Source of the DNA: a virus
Lineage: Duplodnaviria; Heunggongvirae; Uroviricota; Caudoviricetes
Length of the DNA stretch: 64,000 bases
Strand: one strand, 5' to 3'
IMG/VR virus record: IMGVR_UViG_3300032236_001858
In this document: positions 8,358 to 16,679 of the stretch, in pieces
How the letters are laid out: each line of letters opens with the position of its first letter
How positions within the stretch are numbered: the first letter of the stretch is position 1
Position numbers and translations under genes: made by a program
The notes under the pieces: model-generated
What the model was told of the DNA's origin: nothing
What the model saw: the letters and a program-made list of their open reading frames with translations, nothing else
The model's database searches: none

Positions 8358-9857
8358 ATGATGACATTTAGTATTAATATAGGAACTTCTACCGAAGCAT
8401 CAAACTACAACATAATTGGTGCTACAGCTGTTGATTTATCACCGGTGCTAAATGTTCTATATGATAACACAGATAAAGAGATAAATCCAAAAGATATAAG
8501 AGATGCTGTTTTGACCTCTTGGTCAAGCTCATCATTTAAGCAAACATTAGCAACACAATCCTCAATAAGCTATATTGGTATTGATAATGATAATACTGAC
8601 TATTCAAATAAAGATGTTAAAAGTAAATTTTTAATAGGTAAAAGGTCTTATTTAAATACCGACATAATGTCACCTTCTTTATTAAATTCTGATGGTGATA
8701 TATTTTTGTATAATACTAAAAAAGATACCGTTTCTAATAGTAAAACAAGAATTTCTATTTTATCTGGTACTAACTCTTCTTTATATTCATACTCCCCTTA
8801 TATACAATCACAAATAATTACGGTTGGTACTTATTCATCCTTATCTTTGGATATAGTAAACCCTACTTTAACTGGTGGAACTGCGACAACTATTAACTTA
8901 AATAGTAGTTATGGTACTGTTTCAATTAATAATATATCATTCCCTACTAATCAAGAATCTGGTCTATCTGCTTCTGATGGTAGAGTTTTAGCTTGGAATA
9001 ACGGCAAATTAACTTGGAGTGATATTACTTTTTCGGGTAGTAATTATATTGGTACTACTGGTAGTGCTATAAATATCTACGGTACTCCTGTTAGTGTAAA
9101 TGGTCATCCGTTTGAGTTTACTTCTACTGATCCTTGTACAGTGGCAATCGGTGATATTAATTTAGGAGAAACTTTTAATTCAGTTTCAATTGTTGATATG
9201 TTGAGAAGAATTGTTTATCCTTATTTACCACCTTTGTGTAGTTTATCAATTTTACCACCATACTCTTCGGGGTATGTTGAAGTTGGTTCGGCTCCTATAG
9301 TAAGTTTGTCATATACTATTAACAAAAGAAGTTTACCTACATTAACAACTTCATTATCTTATATGATACCAAGTAGCTATCCACCTATAAGTAGCTCAGG
9401 TCAATCTACTATTTCAGGTACGGCTAATGGTGTTGTTATAACTCCGGTTACCTCAGCAACTTCATCTTTTACTATAACAGTTACTGATGGTACACAATCA
9501 AACTCTTCAACTGCTACTCTTACTGGTGTTTATCCTTATTTTTATGGATTTAGTTCGTTACCAACAATGACAACAGCTGGTTTGGCTTCTTTAACAAAGA
9601 TTATTGAACCAAAAAGTGATAAATCTGTAGATATTTATGGAAGTGGTAATTTATATTTTATTTATGATAGTAGTTACCCTGCGTTGAGTAATATTTACGA
9701 TGAACATAATAATGTAATTTCAAGTTCTTTTTCATCAAGTTTGTTGACTTTATCATCACCGACAGGTCTTTGGGCTTCAAAACAATTTAGAGTTTATCAG
9801 TGGAATGGAGTTCCTTTAATTGGACCACCATCGGTAATTTACCAATTCAAATATTAA
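8358..9857 (+). CDS. Putative virion structural protein (paralog of 6759..8354)
   Basis: INPKDIRDA, SSFKQT, IVYPYLPP; S/T-rich. Confidence 0.65.
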   Translation: MMTFSINIGTSTEASNYNIIGATAVDLSPVLNVLYDNTDKEINPKDIRDAVLTSWSSSSFKQTLATQSSISYIGIDNDNTDYSNKDVKSKFLIGKRSYLNTDIMSPSLLNSDGDIFLYNTKKDTVSNSKTRISILSGTNSSLYSYSPYIQSQIITVGTYSSLSLDIVNPTLTGGTATTINLNSSYGTVSINNISFPTNQESGLSASDGRVLAWNNGKLTWSDITFSGSNYIGTTGSAINIYGTPVSVNGHPFEFTSTDPCTVAIGDINLGETFNSVSIVDMLRRIVYPYLPPLCSLSILPPYSSGYVEVGSAPIVSLSYTINKRSLPTLTTSLSYMIPSSYPPISSSGQSTISGTANGVVITPVTSATSSFTITVTDGTQSNSSTATLTGVYPYFYGFSSLPTMTTAGLASLTKIIEPKSDKSVDIYGSGNLYFIYDSSYPALSNIYDEHNNVISSSFSSSLLTLSSPTGLWASKQFRVYQWNGVPLIGPPSVIYQFKY

Positions 9858-9862
9858 AAAAT

Positions 9863-9871
9863 TTATATATA
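9863..9871 (+). promoter_or_regulatory. Late-type promoter motif TTATATATA
   Basis: 4 nt before ATG 9876. Confidence 0.6.
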
Positions 9872-9875
9872 CACT

Positions 9876-11015
9876 ATGTCAATACAAATTATAGATGGTT
9901 TTCAAGTAAATACAGCCTTACCAATAGATAATAGAATCGTAGCTTCTGGTTCAGTGGCTAGAAATGCTATACCTTATAAATATGAGGGTTTAAGAGTATT
10001 TGATACTTTTGATGGTATTCCTTATGTTTGGTTAAATGGTGCTTGGGTTGGTGAAAATGCTTCAGGTGTTGCAGGTGCTGGTTCAGCAAGTCATATTCCT
10101 TTGTACACCTCGTCTAATGTTATTGGTAATAGTTTATTATATCAATCAGGTTATAACATTCTTACTGTTGACGCGGGTGGTGGTGCTAATAAAATCTCAA
10201 TGAATGCAAATAACGGTTTAATCATTGCTGCTTTTAGTGGTAATGGTGCCCAAGTTACTAATATTGATGCTGGTAATATATCAAGTGGTCAATTGAGTCT
10301 TAGTAGATTAACTAACGGTTCTACTAATTATATTCTAACAGGTGGTTCAGGTGCTCCAGTATATACAGATCCAAGTCAAGTTACGGTTGGTACTGCTTCG
10401 GTTGCTGTTGTTGCTAATGTTGCAACCAGTGCTAATGTTTTGAATAATGTGTCAAATACTACAAACTATTTAACTTTTGTTTCTGGTACTTCATCTCAAA
10501 ATATTAAAATAAATTCTTCTGGCTTATCATATAATCCATCGACTGGTGTTTTAAATACTAATGGTGGTGATATTTATTTATCAGCATCTGCTAATGGATA
10601 TGTTATAAATAGTTGTCGTAATTATTCAGCTAGTGGTATAGGTTATGTATCTGGAAACATAATGATAGCTAGTGTTGTTGTTCCTTCTCTTGCTTCTATA
10701 ACTGTTGAAGTAACATTTACTGGTAATATCAAAGAATATTCTGGATTCTCAATTGTTGGTTCTCAATATAGAAGTGCTAAATTTGTTGCAGCTTATAGCA
10801 CAAGTAATACTGGTGTTATAACACAATCTGGATCAACAAATACAATTTTGGATGTTGCTTCTTTGGGTTCTGGTTCCGCAACTTTAAGTACCGGTACAAT
10901 AAATATATCAACTGCTGGTGTAATAAAGTTCTATCAAGGTTATACAGGTCCTTCTACTAGTGGACATACAGGTGCTGTGAATCTTACGGTTGATTACAAA
11001 ATAACTATTAGTTAA
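9876..11015 (+). CDS. Putative tail fibre/structural protein
   Basis: ALPIDNR...KYEGLRVF N-terminal module; NIDAGNISSGQLSLSRL fibre-like repeat; S/T/G-rich. Confidence 0.6.
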   Translation: MSIQIIDGFQVNTALPIDNRIVASGSVARNAIPYKYEGLRVFDTFDGIPYVWLNGAWVGENASGVAGAGSASHIPLYTSSNVIGNSLLYQSGYNILTVDAGGGANKISMNANNGLIIAAFSGNGAQVTNIDAGNISSGQLSLSRLTNGSTNYILTGGSGAPVYTDPSQVTVGTASVAVVANVATSANVLNNVSNTTNYLTFVSGTSSQNIKINSSGLSYNPSTGVLNTNGGDIYLSASANGYVINSCRNYSASGIGYVSGNIMIASVVVPSLASITVEVTFTGNIKEYSGFSIVGSQYRSAKFVAAYSTSNTGVITQSGSTNTILDVASLGSGSATLSTGTINISTAGVIKFYQGYTGPSTSGHTGAVNLTVDYKITIS

Positions 11016-11701
11016 TCTTCTATTTTCTCAAACCACCAATTAAAGTAGATATAATTGTCACCGACTAGATTATAATAATCTGTTTCGTATTTAACAATTA
11101 TTTTATTATCATGTGCTCTAACTACTTCAATTTCGATTCCTTTTTCCATTTTTAATTGTTTACCAGTTTCTGTTGAATAACAATATAGTTCATCGTTTAG
11201 TAGTTTATACATACCTGGTTCAGGTTTTAACCAAGTTTTTATTGTTTTAATAACAAGACCTTTTATTTTAATAACCCATTCTTTACTTTGATGTAGGTCA
11301 AAGTCTTTAAAAACTTCTGATGTAAATTCAGGATTAGCACTCATAATATTTTCAACAACGCCCCAATACTCTTCACCATCAATGATAAAAGTAATATAAA
11401 CATCATAAAAAATACTATTTGATTTAACTATTCTAAGAATTTTCATCTTTTGGATATCTTGATGCTCTAGTGCTAGTTTGCTTCTTAAATTTCTATAAGC
11501 ATTTGTACCAGAAAGGTTATAAAGAATGTCATTAATTCTTGACATTGCTTGTCTAATACCATCAGCATATCTATCAAACGCGTTTGTAGACAAAGTAGGA
11601 TCATTTACCTGACCACCAATTGCACCAGCTGCTGAGTCCGGATTCATTCTTTGTAAATTAAATTCTGTGAATTCTAAGATAAGTTTATTCCTGCGTTTCA
11701 T
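11012..11701 (-). CDS. Hypothetical protein (probable head-associated)
   Basis: 229-aa ORF; KLILEFTEFN leader; AATATATATATT palindrome upstream serving both strands. Confidence 0.7.
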   Translation of the reverse strand: MKRRNKLILEFTEFNLQRMNPDSAAGAIGGQVNDPTLSTNAFDRYADGIRQAMSRINDILYNLSGTNAYRNLRSKLALEHQDIQKMKILRIVKSNSIFYDVYITFIIDGEEYWGVVENIMSANPEFTSEVFKDFDLHQSKEWVIKIKGLVIKTIKTWLKPEPGMYKLLNDELYCYSTETGKQLKMEKGIEIEVVRAHDNKIIVKYETDYYNLVGDNYIYFNWWFEKIED

Positions 11702-11737
11702 AATTAAATATATATATTAAAATATCAAACTATTATT

Positions 11738-12055
11738 ATGAAAATTAGAAGATTTAATGAAGATGAACAAGTAGATATCTCATCTGAAAGAATTAGTGAA
11801 ATAAATGACCAATTAAAAGATTTTGCTGCTACTATGTTAGATAAGTCAAAATATGTTGAATCTCTTCTAAACGAACTTAATAACTATAAGAGTGATTCTA
11901 CAAAGGGCAATGACCAGATAGATGATTCTATTGCTGCTTTACAAGTTATTAAAAAAGACGTAGATGATTGTAATGATAAGATTGATACTGTTATTAATAA
12001 TCTAACTGATTATAATGATGGTGGAAGAAAATATATGTACACTGAAAACAAGTAG
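11738..12055 (+). CDS. Coiled-coil hypothetical protein with capsid-targeting-like leader
   Basis: MKIRRFNEDE; heptad pattern. Confidence 0.7.
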   Translation: MKIRRFNEDEQVDISSERISEINDQLKDFAATMLDKSKYVESLLNELNNYKSDSTKGNDQIDDSIAALQVIKKDVDDCNDKIDTVINNLTDYNDGGRKYMYTENK

Positions 12056-12076
12056 TTAGATTTTTAATATAAATTT

Positions 12077-12241
12077 ATGGCTATTTGGGAAAATATTCCT
12101 TTGATTAAAAGAGAATCTATAAAAAAATCTTTATATAGATTTGATAGAATACAAAGCAGGAAAAAGAAAATTATCAATTTGTTATGTCATTTGCAAGAGG
12201 TTGGGGTAAAGACGGCTGGAAACACAGACAAGAAGATTTAA
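12077..12241 (+). CDS. 54-aa ORF carrying an R-x3-I-x2-L-L motif (not in ORF track)
   Basis: Manual translation MAIWENIPLIKRESIKKSLYRFDRIQSRKKKIINLLCHLQEVGVKTAGNTDKKI; overlaps the next ORF by 58 nt. Confidence 0.45.
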   Translation: MAIWENIPLIKRESIKKSLYRFDRIQSRKKKIINLLCHLQEVGVKTAGNTDKKI

Positions 12242-12342
12242 TGAAGGAATCTTGGGAGATTTTCAGAATAACAAATAGAAAAAGAATAAGAAAATCTAAA
12301 ATTAATAACATATTTAATGAAGTTAGGAAAGAAGTCAAGTGA
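12184..12342 (+). CDS. 52-aa ORF carrying an R-x3-I-x2-I-F motif (not in ORF track)
   Basis: Manual translation MSFARGWGKDGWKHRQEDLMKESWEIFRITNRKRIRKSKINNIFNEVRKEVK. Confidence 0.55.
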   Translation: MSFARGWGKDGWKHRQEDLMKESWEIFRITNRKRIRKSKINNIFNEVRKEVK

Positions 12343-12577
12343 TTTAGAACCAGGTTATGTTTATGTTCCTTATATTCCAATAACAACATCACAAGTTATA
12401 GTTGGTTATGGTTCTAAAAACATAAATAGAAAAAGAAAGATTAATAAAATATTTGATTTAGGTTTAGATATTAAAGATGAATTCTCACCAAGTAAATCAA
12501 TTATGAGTAGATACTCAACAAAGAATATAAATAGTAAATATTACGGAACTATAGAAATAAAAAATCCCACTTTATAA
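12317..12577 (+). CDS. Small protein resembling the C-terminal segment of T4-like major capsid protein, with an inserted RKRKINKIF motif
   Basis: PGYVYVPYIP ... FSPSKSIMSRY..K.IN.KYYGTIEI, versus gp23-type GxxYAPY..L...F.P..G..TRY. Confidence 0.6.
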   Translation: MKLGKKSSDLEPGYVYVPYIPITTSQVIVGYGSKNINRKRKINKIFDLGLDIKDEFSPSKSIMSRYSTKNINSKYYGTIEIKNPTL

Positions 12578-12587
12578 GTGGGATTTT
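12561..12587. terminator. Bidirectional intrinsic terminator
   Basis: AAAATCCCACTT-TAT-AAGTGGGATTTT at a convergent junction. Confidence 0.8.
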
Positions 12588-12589
12588 AG

Positions 12590-13489
12590 TTAAATTTCAT
12601 CCATGAATAATGAATCTAAGTAGTCAATTGTTTCTTTATAACCACCATTTAATTCCCAATTGTCTTCTAAGTAACCAGCAATTTCTGTTGATTTTTCCTC
12701 AACTGATAAATTATCATCATTTGCTACTTCCATGAATTTATTGTAAAGGTCTTCTTTACCATCATATAATTCAAAATCTTTTTCATTTAACCAATCTTGA
12801 AATTTATTCCAATGTGATTCGTATCCATTTGAATCAAACTCTTCATTAAATCTTTTAAGATTCTTTAATTTCTTACTTTCACCAATTGACCAGATTTCTC
12901 TACCTTGTTCATCTTCACCTTTTTTCTTCATCTTTAATTGATTCATTTTATCTAATGCTGCATCAATTTCTTCTTCTGATAAACCACCGGCAATTGCATT
13001 TAACTCTTCTTCTGAGAAAGTGGCCATTAATTCCATTGCTTGTTTGATTTGAATTATTTGATCATAATCTTCTTGAGTTAAAAGATTTTCACCACACTCA
13101 GGACAAGGTTTATTAATTGACTTTTCATAGTCACTAAATGGAACTGACATATCACTCCAATTGCAATTAGGATTATCACACTTCAATCCGTGTACATCTA
13201 AACCTTCTGGTAAATCATGATTCTCAGATAGGAATTTTTCACCATCTAAATTTTTATTAGAAGGTTTGTTAGGTTTTCTTAAATTAACTTTAGGGTCAGC
13301 TAAGAATTTCTCACCATCTAATTTTTTATTAGAAGGCTTAGATGTTTTCATTGAAACATCCGCATCACTTAAAGATTTATCTGCATCTAATTTTTTATTA
13401 GATTGTGGTTTAACATGATCTTGTTTTTTCATATCCTTTGATAAATTTGATAATTTATCATTAACTGGATGTTTCTTAATGTGCTTCAT
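12590..13489 (-). CDS. Modular hypothetical protein: three KP(Q)SNK(K/N)LD repeats, zinc ribbon, internal second leader
   Basis: KPQSNKKLDADK / KPSNKKLDGEKFL / KPSNKNLDGEKFL; CDNPNC...CPECG; internal KKLKNLKRFNEE. Confidence 0.7.
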   Translation of the reverse strand: MKHIKKHPVNDKLSNLSKDMKKQDHVKPQSNKKLDADKSLSDADVSMKTSKPSNKKLDGEKFLADPKVNLRKPNKPSNKNLDGEKFLSENHDLPEGLDVHGLKCDNPNCNWSDMSVPFSDYEKSINKPCPECGENLLTQEDYDQIIQIKQAMELMATFSEEELNAIAGGLSEEEIDAALDKMNQLKMKKKGEDEQGREIWSIGESKKLKNLKRFNEEFDSNGYESHWNKFQDWLNEKDFELYDGKEDLYNKFMEVANDDNLSVEEKSTEIAGYLEDNWELNGGYKETIDYLDSLFMDEI

Positions 13490-13490
13490 A

Positions 13491-14057
13491 TTATTTATTG
13501 TAGGTTAATTTGTAGATAGTTCTATATAACAAGGCTACTACCTCGTCTACTAAATTATGTAGATGTGTATCTTTCTCATCAAAGCATTTTCTTTCTGCTC
13601 TTATCCATTCAACAACTTCTTTGAAGTAGTCTAATTTATCTTTAGATTTAGTATCTGTTGTATCAATTTCGTCATATCCTTCAAGTAGACCATATTGACC
13701 TTGATAAACCTCAACAATTTCATCAATATGTTCAATTACGCCTTCATAGTAAGCTTCTAAAGCTAGGTGAGCAGCGTGTGAACCCATATCACCTTTAACT
13801 GTCCAGTGATAAACTTGAGCCATTTCTCTTGATTGTAATAATTTAGACATGAATTTAACAACGGTTACATCACCTGTTGTTTCTGTTTTTTCTTCTTCGG
13901 CCTCATCTTTATTATCTTCGGCTTCTTTAGTCTTAGATTGACCAGCCATTAACTTAATCAATTCTTCTTTTGACATATCTTCATAGTTTTCAGGAAGATT
14001 AGCTTCTGATTCGAATATCTTCTTTTTAACTGGTTTAAAATCTGAAAATTTTTTCAT
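13491..14057 (-). CDS. Ferritin/Dps-like four-helix protein (DUF5856-type) with leader
   Basis: MAQVYHW...SHAAHLALEAYYE...IDEIVEVYQGQYG...DEVVALLYRTIYKL; N-terminus MKKFSDF. Confidence 0.75.
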   Translation of the reverse strand: MKKFSDFKPVKKKIFESEANLPENYEDMSKEELIKLMAGQSKTKEAEDNKDEAEEEKTETTGDVTVVKFMSKLLQSREMAQVYHWTVKGDMGSHAAHLALEAYYEGVIEHIDEIVEVYQGQYGLLEGYDEIDTTDTKSKDKLDYFKEVVEWIRAERKCFDEKDTHLHNLVDEVVALLYRTIYKLTYNK

Positions 14058-14093
14058 TTTTAATTTTTAATTTTTATAAAGTATATATTACTT

Positions 14094-14306
14094 TTATAAA
14101 TCCGATATTCTTTCATCGGTTTGTTCAATATTATCTATTGTATAGTTAGAACCGTTTTCAATTGATGACAAAGCTGAATCTGCTAAGTATCCTGCTTCAC
14201 CTTCATTTTCGGCTGGTATGATTAACTCAACTTGAGCAATTACTTTGTAGTATTTCTGATTTGAGTTATTTTCTAGTATTTTACTGAATTTCTTCATTTT
14301 TATCAT
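14094..14306 (-). CDS. Small hypothetical protein with leader (probable start 14297)
   Basis: MKKFSKILEN. Confidence 0.65.
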   Translation of the reverse strand: MIKMKKFSKILENNSNQKYYKVIAQVELIIPAENEGEAGYLADSALSSIENGSNYTIDNIEQTDERISDL

Positions 14307-15402
14307 TTATTATTTTTGATATTTTCTTTTTAATGTTGTCACCATTTTTATTGAACTGTCTACCCCAATACTCAATAAACTGTTTACAACTCATTTTTCT
14401 GAAAGTATCTAAAGGTATAATTGGTTTTGCATTTTGGTCTTTTACTTCTTTTTCATAAACTTCAACCCACATTTGTTTTAACTTATCAGCAACTTCTTTT
14501 TCATCTTTACAACCAGCTAGAAGCTCATTACTCGTATCTTTCCAATTGTAGTGAGCCGATATTTCATTAATTAGATATACATAAAACATATCAGCATCAA
14601 ATTTTTGCATCTTATCAAATGTTTGCCAAATTTTAAATTCTTTAACATCCTTCTCAGGATATTTTGTAATAAAGTATTTAATTTCTTGAACATTGGCGTT
14701 CATCTCGTGTGATTCACTCATATAAATATACTTTAGAAATTCACTATTCCATTTTTGCCAAATAGCTTTAGGGAATTTCCATTTGTTATTTTCAGCGTAT
14801 GTAAGAGATGTGTTAAAGCTTCTATCATAAATAGGTCTATACTCACCTCTTTTTGTTCCTTTTTTAGTTCTTTTATAGTGTTCGTAACAGTGATTTAACT
14901 CATGATATAAAGTAGAAGCTATCCCATCTATTATAGATTCTTTATGTTCTGGTTTATTTATATCAAAATTAATTTTATCAATATCAATACCAACAGATAA
15001 TTGAATAATAAGTCCGTGATCTGTAACTTGTTTTACTGGTTTAACAATTTTAGAATAATTTTTCCAGTTTTTATTACCAAATCCTGAGGCATAACCACCT
15101 ATGGCTGTGTAATTTGCATAACCATATAAAGAATTAAATTTTAAAGGCATCATTTTTTTGAAATCTAATATTAGTTCAAATCCAACTACTGGGAAGTCAG
15201 CATATAATTGTTTATCCTTTATATAAGGAACTAATGTTCTGTATTTTATCTCAACTCTTTCGTCTAATTTTGTTTCTTTTGAATTTAAAAAATCTATAAA
15301 ACTATAGTATGTTTTATTCTCAAGAACATCAACAAACATTAAACTTGATTCGGAAACACCATGTCTTTCTAGTAGAAACTGTTTAAAATTAAAAATCCCC
15401 AT
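14281..15402 (-). CDS. Putative zincin metallopeptidase with capsid-targeting-like leader
   Basis: TLYHELNHCYEH (HExxH) and downstream HEMNANVQE; N-terminus MGIFNFKQFLLE. Confidence 0.65.
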   Translation of the reverse strand: MGIFNFKQFLLERHGVSESSLMFVDVLENKTYYSFIDFLNSKETKLDERVEIKYRTLVPYIKDKQLYADFPVVGFELILDFKKMMPLKFNSLYGYANYTAIGGYASGFGNKNWKNYSKIVKPVKQVTDHGLIIQLSVGIDIDKINFDINKPEHKESIIDGIASTLYHELNHCYEHYKRTKKGTKRGEYRPIYDRSFNTSLTYAENNKWKFPKAIWQKWNSEFLKYIYMSESHEMNANVQEIKYFITKYPEKDVKEFKIWQTFDKMQKFDADMFYVYLINEISAHYNWKDTSNELLAGCKDEKEVADKLKQMWVEVYEKEVKDQNAKPIIPLDTFRKMSCKQFIEYWGRQFNKNGDNIKKKISKIINDKNEEIQ

Positions 15403-15433
15403 AAGTCTATATATTAAAAACCTATGGGGATTT
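15393..15433 (-). promoter_or_regulatory. Hairpin sequestering the AUG of 15402, with the late promoter inside its loop
   Basis: 11-bp perfect inverted repeat AAATCCCCATA (15393-15403) / TATGGGGATTT (15423-15433); TAATATATA at 15408-15416 on the minus strand. Confidence 0.7.
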
Positions 15434-15448
15434 ATTTAATTTATTAAA

Positions 15449-15886
15449 TTAGTTTTTACTATCTAATACGTCACTGAGTTGTTTGTTTCTTAAAGATTGA
15501 ATATCAATATCAGTTTCAACATACTCAAAGAAATCTAATTCTACCATTTCTCTGTATTTTTTTGATTCTTCTTCATTGGCCATGTTGTGTAGTCTATTTT
15601 CAACTGACTCCCATTTATTTTTAGCCTCTGGTTTACCATATTTTTTATTGAGAGATTCATTGAATTTTTCATATTCTTCGATGCTGACTCTTAGGATATC
15701 TTCCATTTCATATGTGTACTCACTAATAGAACACTCCTTAAACTCTTTAGTGTTCAGTTCATCAACTTTTTGTTGAGCTTCTTCTTTTGAAAAAACTATT
15801 AGATTTGGATTCCCACCTTCTGTTGGGTTGTAAATGTTATCATCATATTCAAATCCTTTTCTTAAAATTACATACGCTTTTTTCAT
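15449..15886 (-). CDS. Hypothetical protein with C-terminal R-x3-L-x2-V-L motif
   Basis: Ends SLRNKQLSDVLDSKN. Confidence 0.75.
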   Translation of the reverse strand: MKKAYVILRKGFEYDDNIYNPTEGGNPNLIVFSKEEAQQKVDELNTKEFKECSISEYTYEMEDILRVSIEEYEKFNESLNKKYGKPEAKNKWESVENRLHNMANEEESKKYREMVELDFFEYVETDIDIQSLRNKQLSDVLDSKN

Positions 15887-15887
15887 A

Positions 15888-16373
15888 TTACTTTATTTCT
15901 ATATTAGTTAACCATTTATTTACTTGATGTTCCGCCATATCACAAATTTGTTCCTTTGTGAAGCCCATATTTGTCATTATATCAAATATCATTATTAAAC
16001 AATCGGTTGATTCTAATAAGATATTTTCTTTTATTTTTTCTTTACTTTCGTTACTTCTTTTATACTCAATTAGTTTAAGGATTTCTGCTGATAACTCACC
16101 ATACTCTTCTCCTAATTTTAAACCTCTTTCTAAAAGACCGTGTTTTTCATACTTAGAAGCATTTGTAACTAAGTCATATACATAGTCTATCAGTGGTTCT
16201 GTTGTTATATCTTCTTTTGTTGGGTTTCCTTTTCTTTCAAATTCTTCCATTAGAATTTCTAAAATTTCAACATTGTTGGATTCTTCTTCGTTTAGCTCAC
16301 TATGGAAGATTGATTCTAAGTATTTCTGAGCTTGATTGTAATCGTATAGTGTTCTAATTGGTTTTATTTTCAT
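15888..16373 (-). CDS. Fusion of a HigA-antitoxin-like N-terminal segment and a MazG-like NTP pyrophosphohydrolase
   Basis: IKPIRTLYDYNQA...EILEILMEEFE; KLGEEYGELSAEI...LESTDCLIMIFD (ExxE...ExxD). Confidence 0.6.
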   Translation of the reverse strand: MKIKPIRTLYDYNQAQKYLESIFHSELNEEESNNVEILEILMEEFERKGNPTKEDITTEPLIDYVYDLVTNASKYEKHGLLERGLKLGEEYGELSAEILKLIEYKRSNESKEKIKENILLESTDCLIMIFDIMTNMGFTKEQICDMAEHQVNKWLTNIEIK

Positions 16374-16432
16374 AAAAAGTTAATTTCTTGAGTGTGAAAA
16401 ATAATATATACTACAAATATAATTGTTTATAC

Positions 16433-16678
16433 ATGAAATTAATAAAAAAGTTTGAAGAATTTGTTTACGGTGCTGGTTCACCTGCTCCTTCTACAAATCC
16501 TACTACAGCACCTACAAAGCCTGCTACAAGACCTTCTACAAAGCCTGGTAAACCTAGTCCAATTAGAAGAGATAAGCCAGCTGTTGAACCAGCTCCTAAA
16601 GCTGAGAAGAAATTAAAAACAGCTACAATGGAAGAGGTAATTCATAAGTTTGCGGACTTAACAAATCAAAAATACTAA
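16433..16678 (+). CDS. Small Pro/Thr-rich protein with capsid-targeting-like leader (track start 16388; ATG 16433 more likely)
   Basis: MKLIKKFEEFVY; PAPSTNPTTAPTKPATRPSTKPGKP. Confidence 0.7.
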   Translation: MKLIKKFEEFVYGAGSPAPSTNPTTAPTKPATRPSTKPGKPSPIRRDKPAVEPAPKAEKKLKTATMEEVIHKFADLTNQKY

Positions 16679-16679
16679 T

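Noticed and set aside
14071-14100. Further promoter-in-loop hairpins at 14071-14100 and 59811-59839
   Set aside because: The stems are almost entirely A-T and are expected by chance in this composition, so they were not counted as support.
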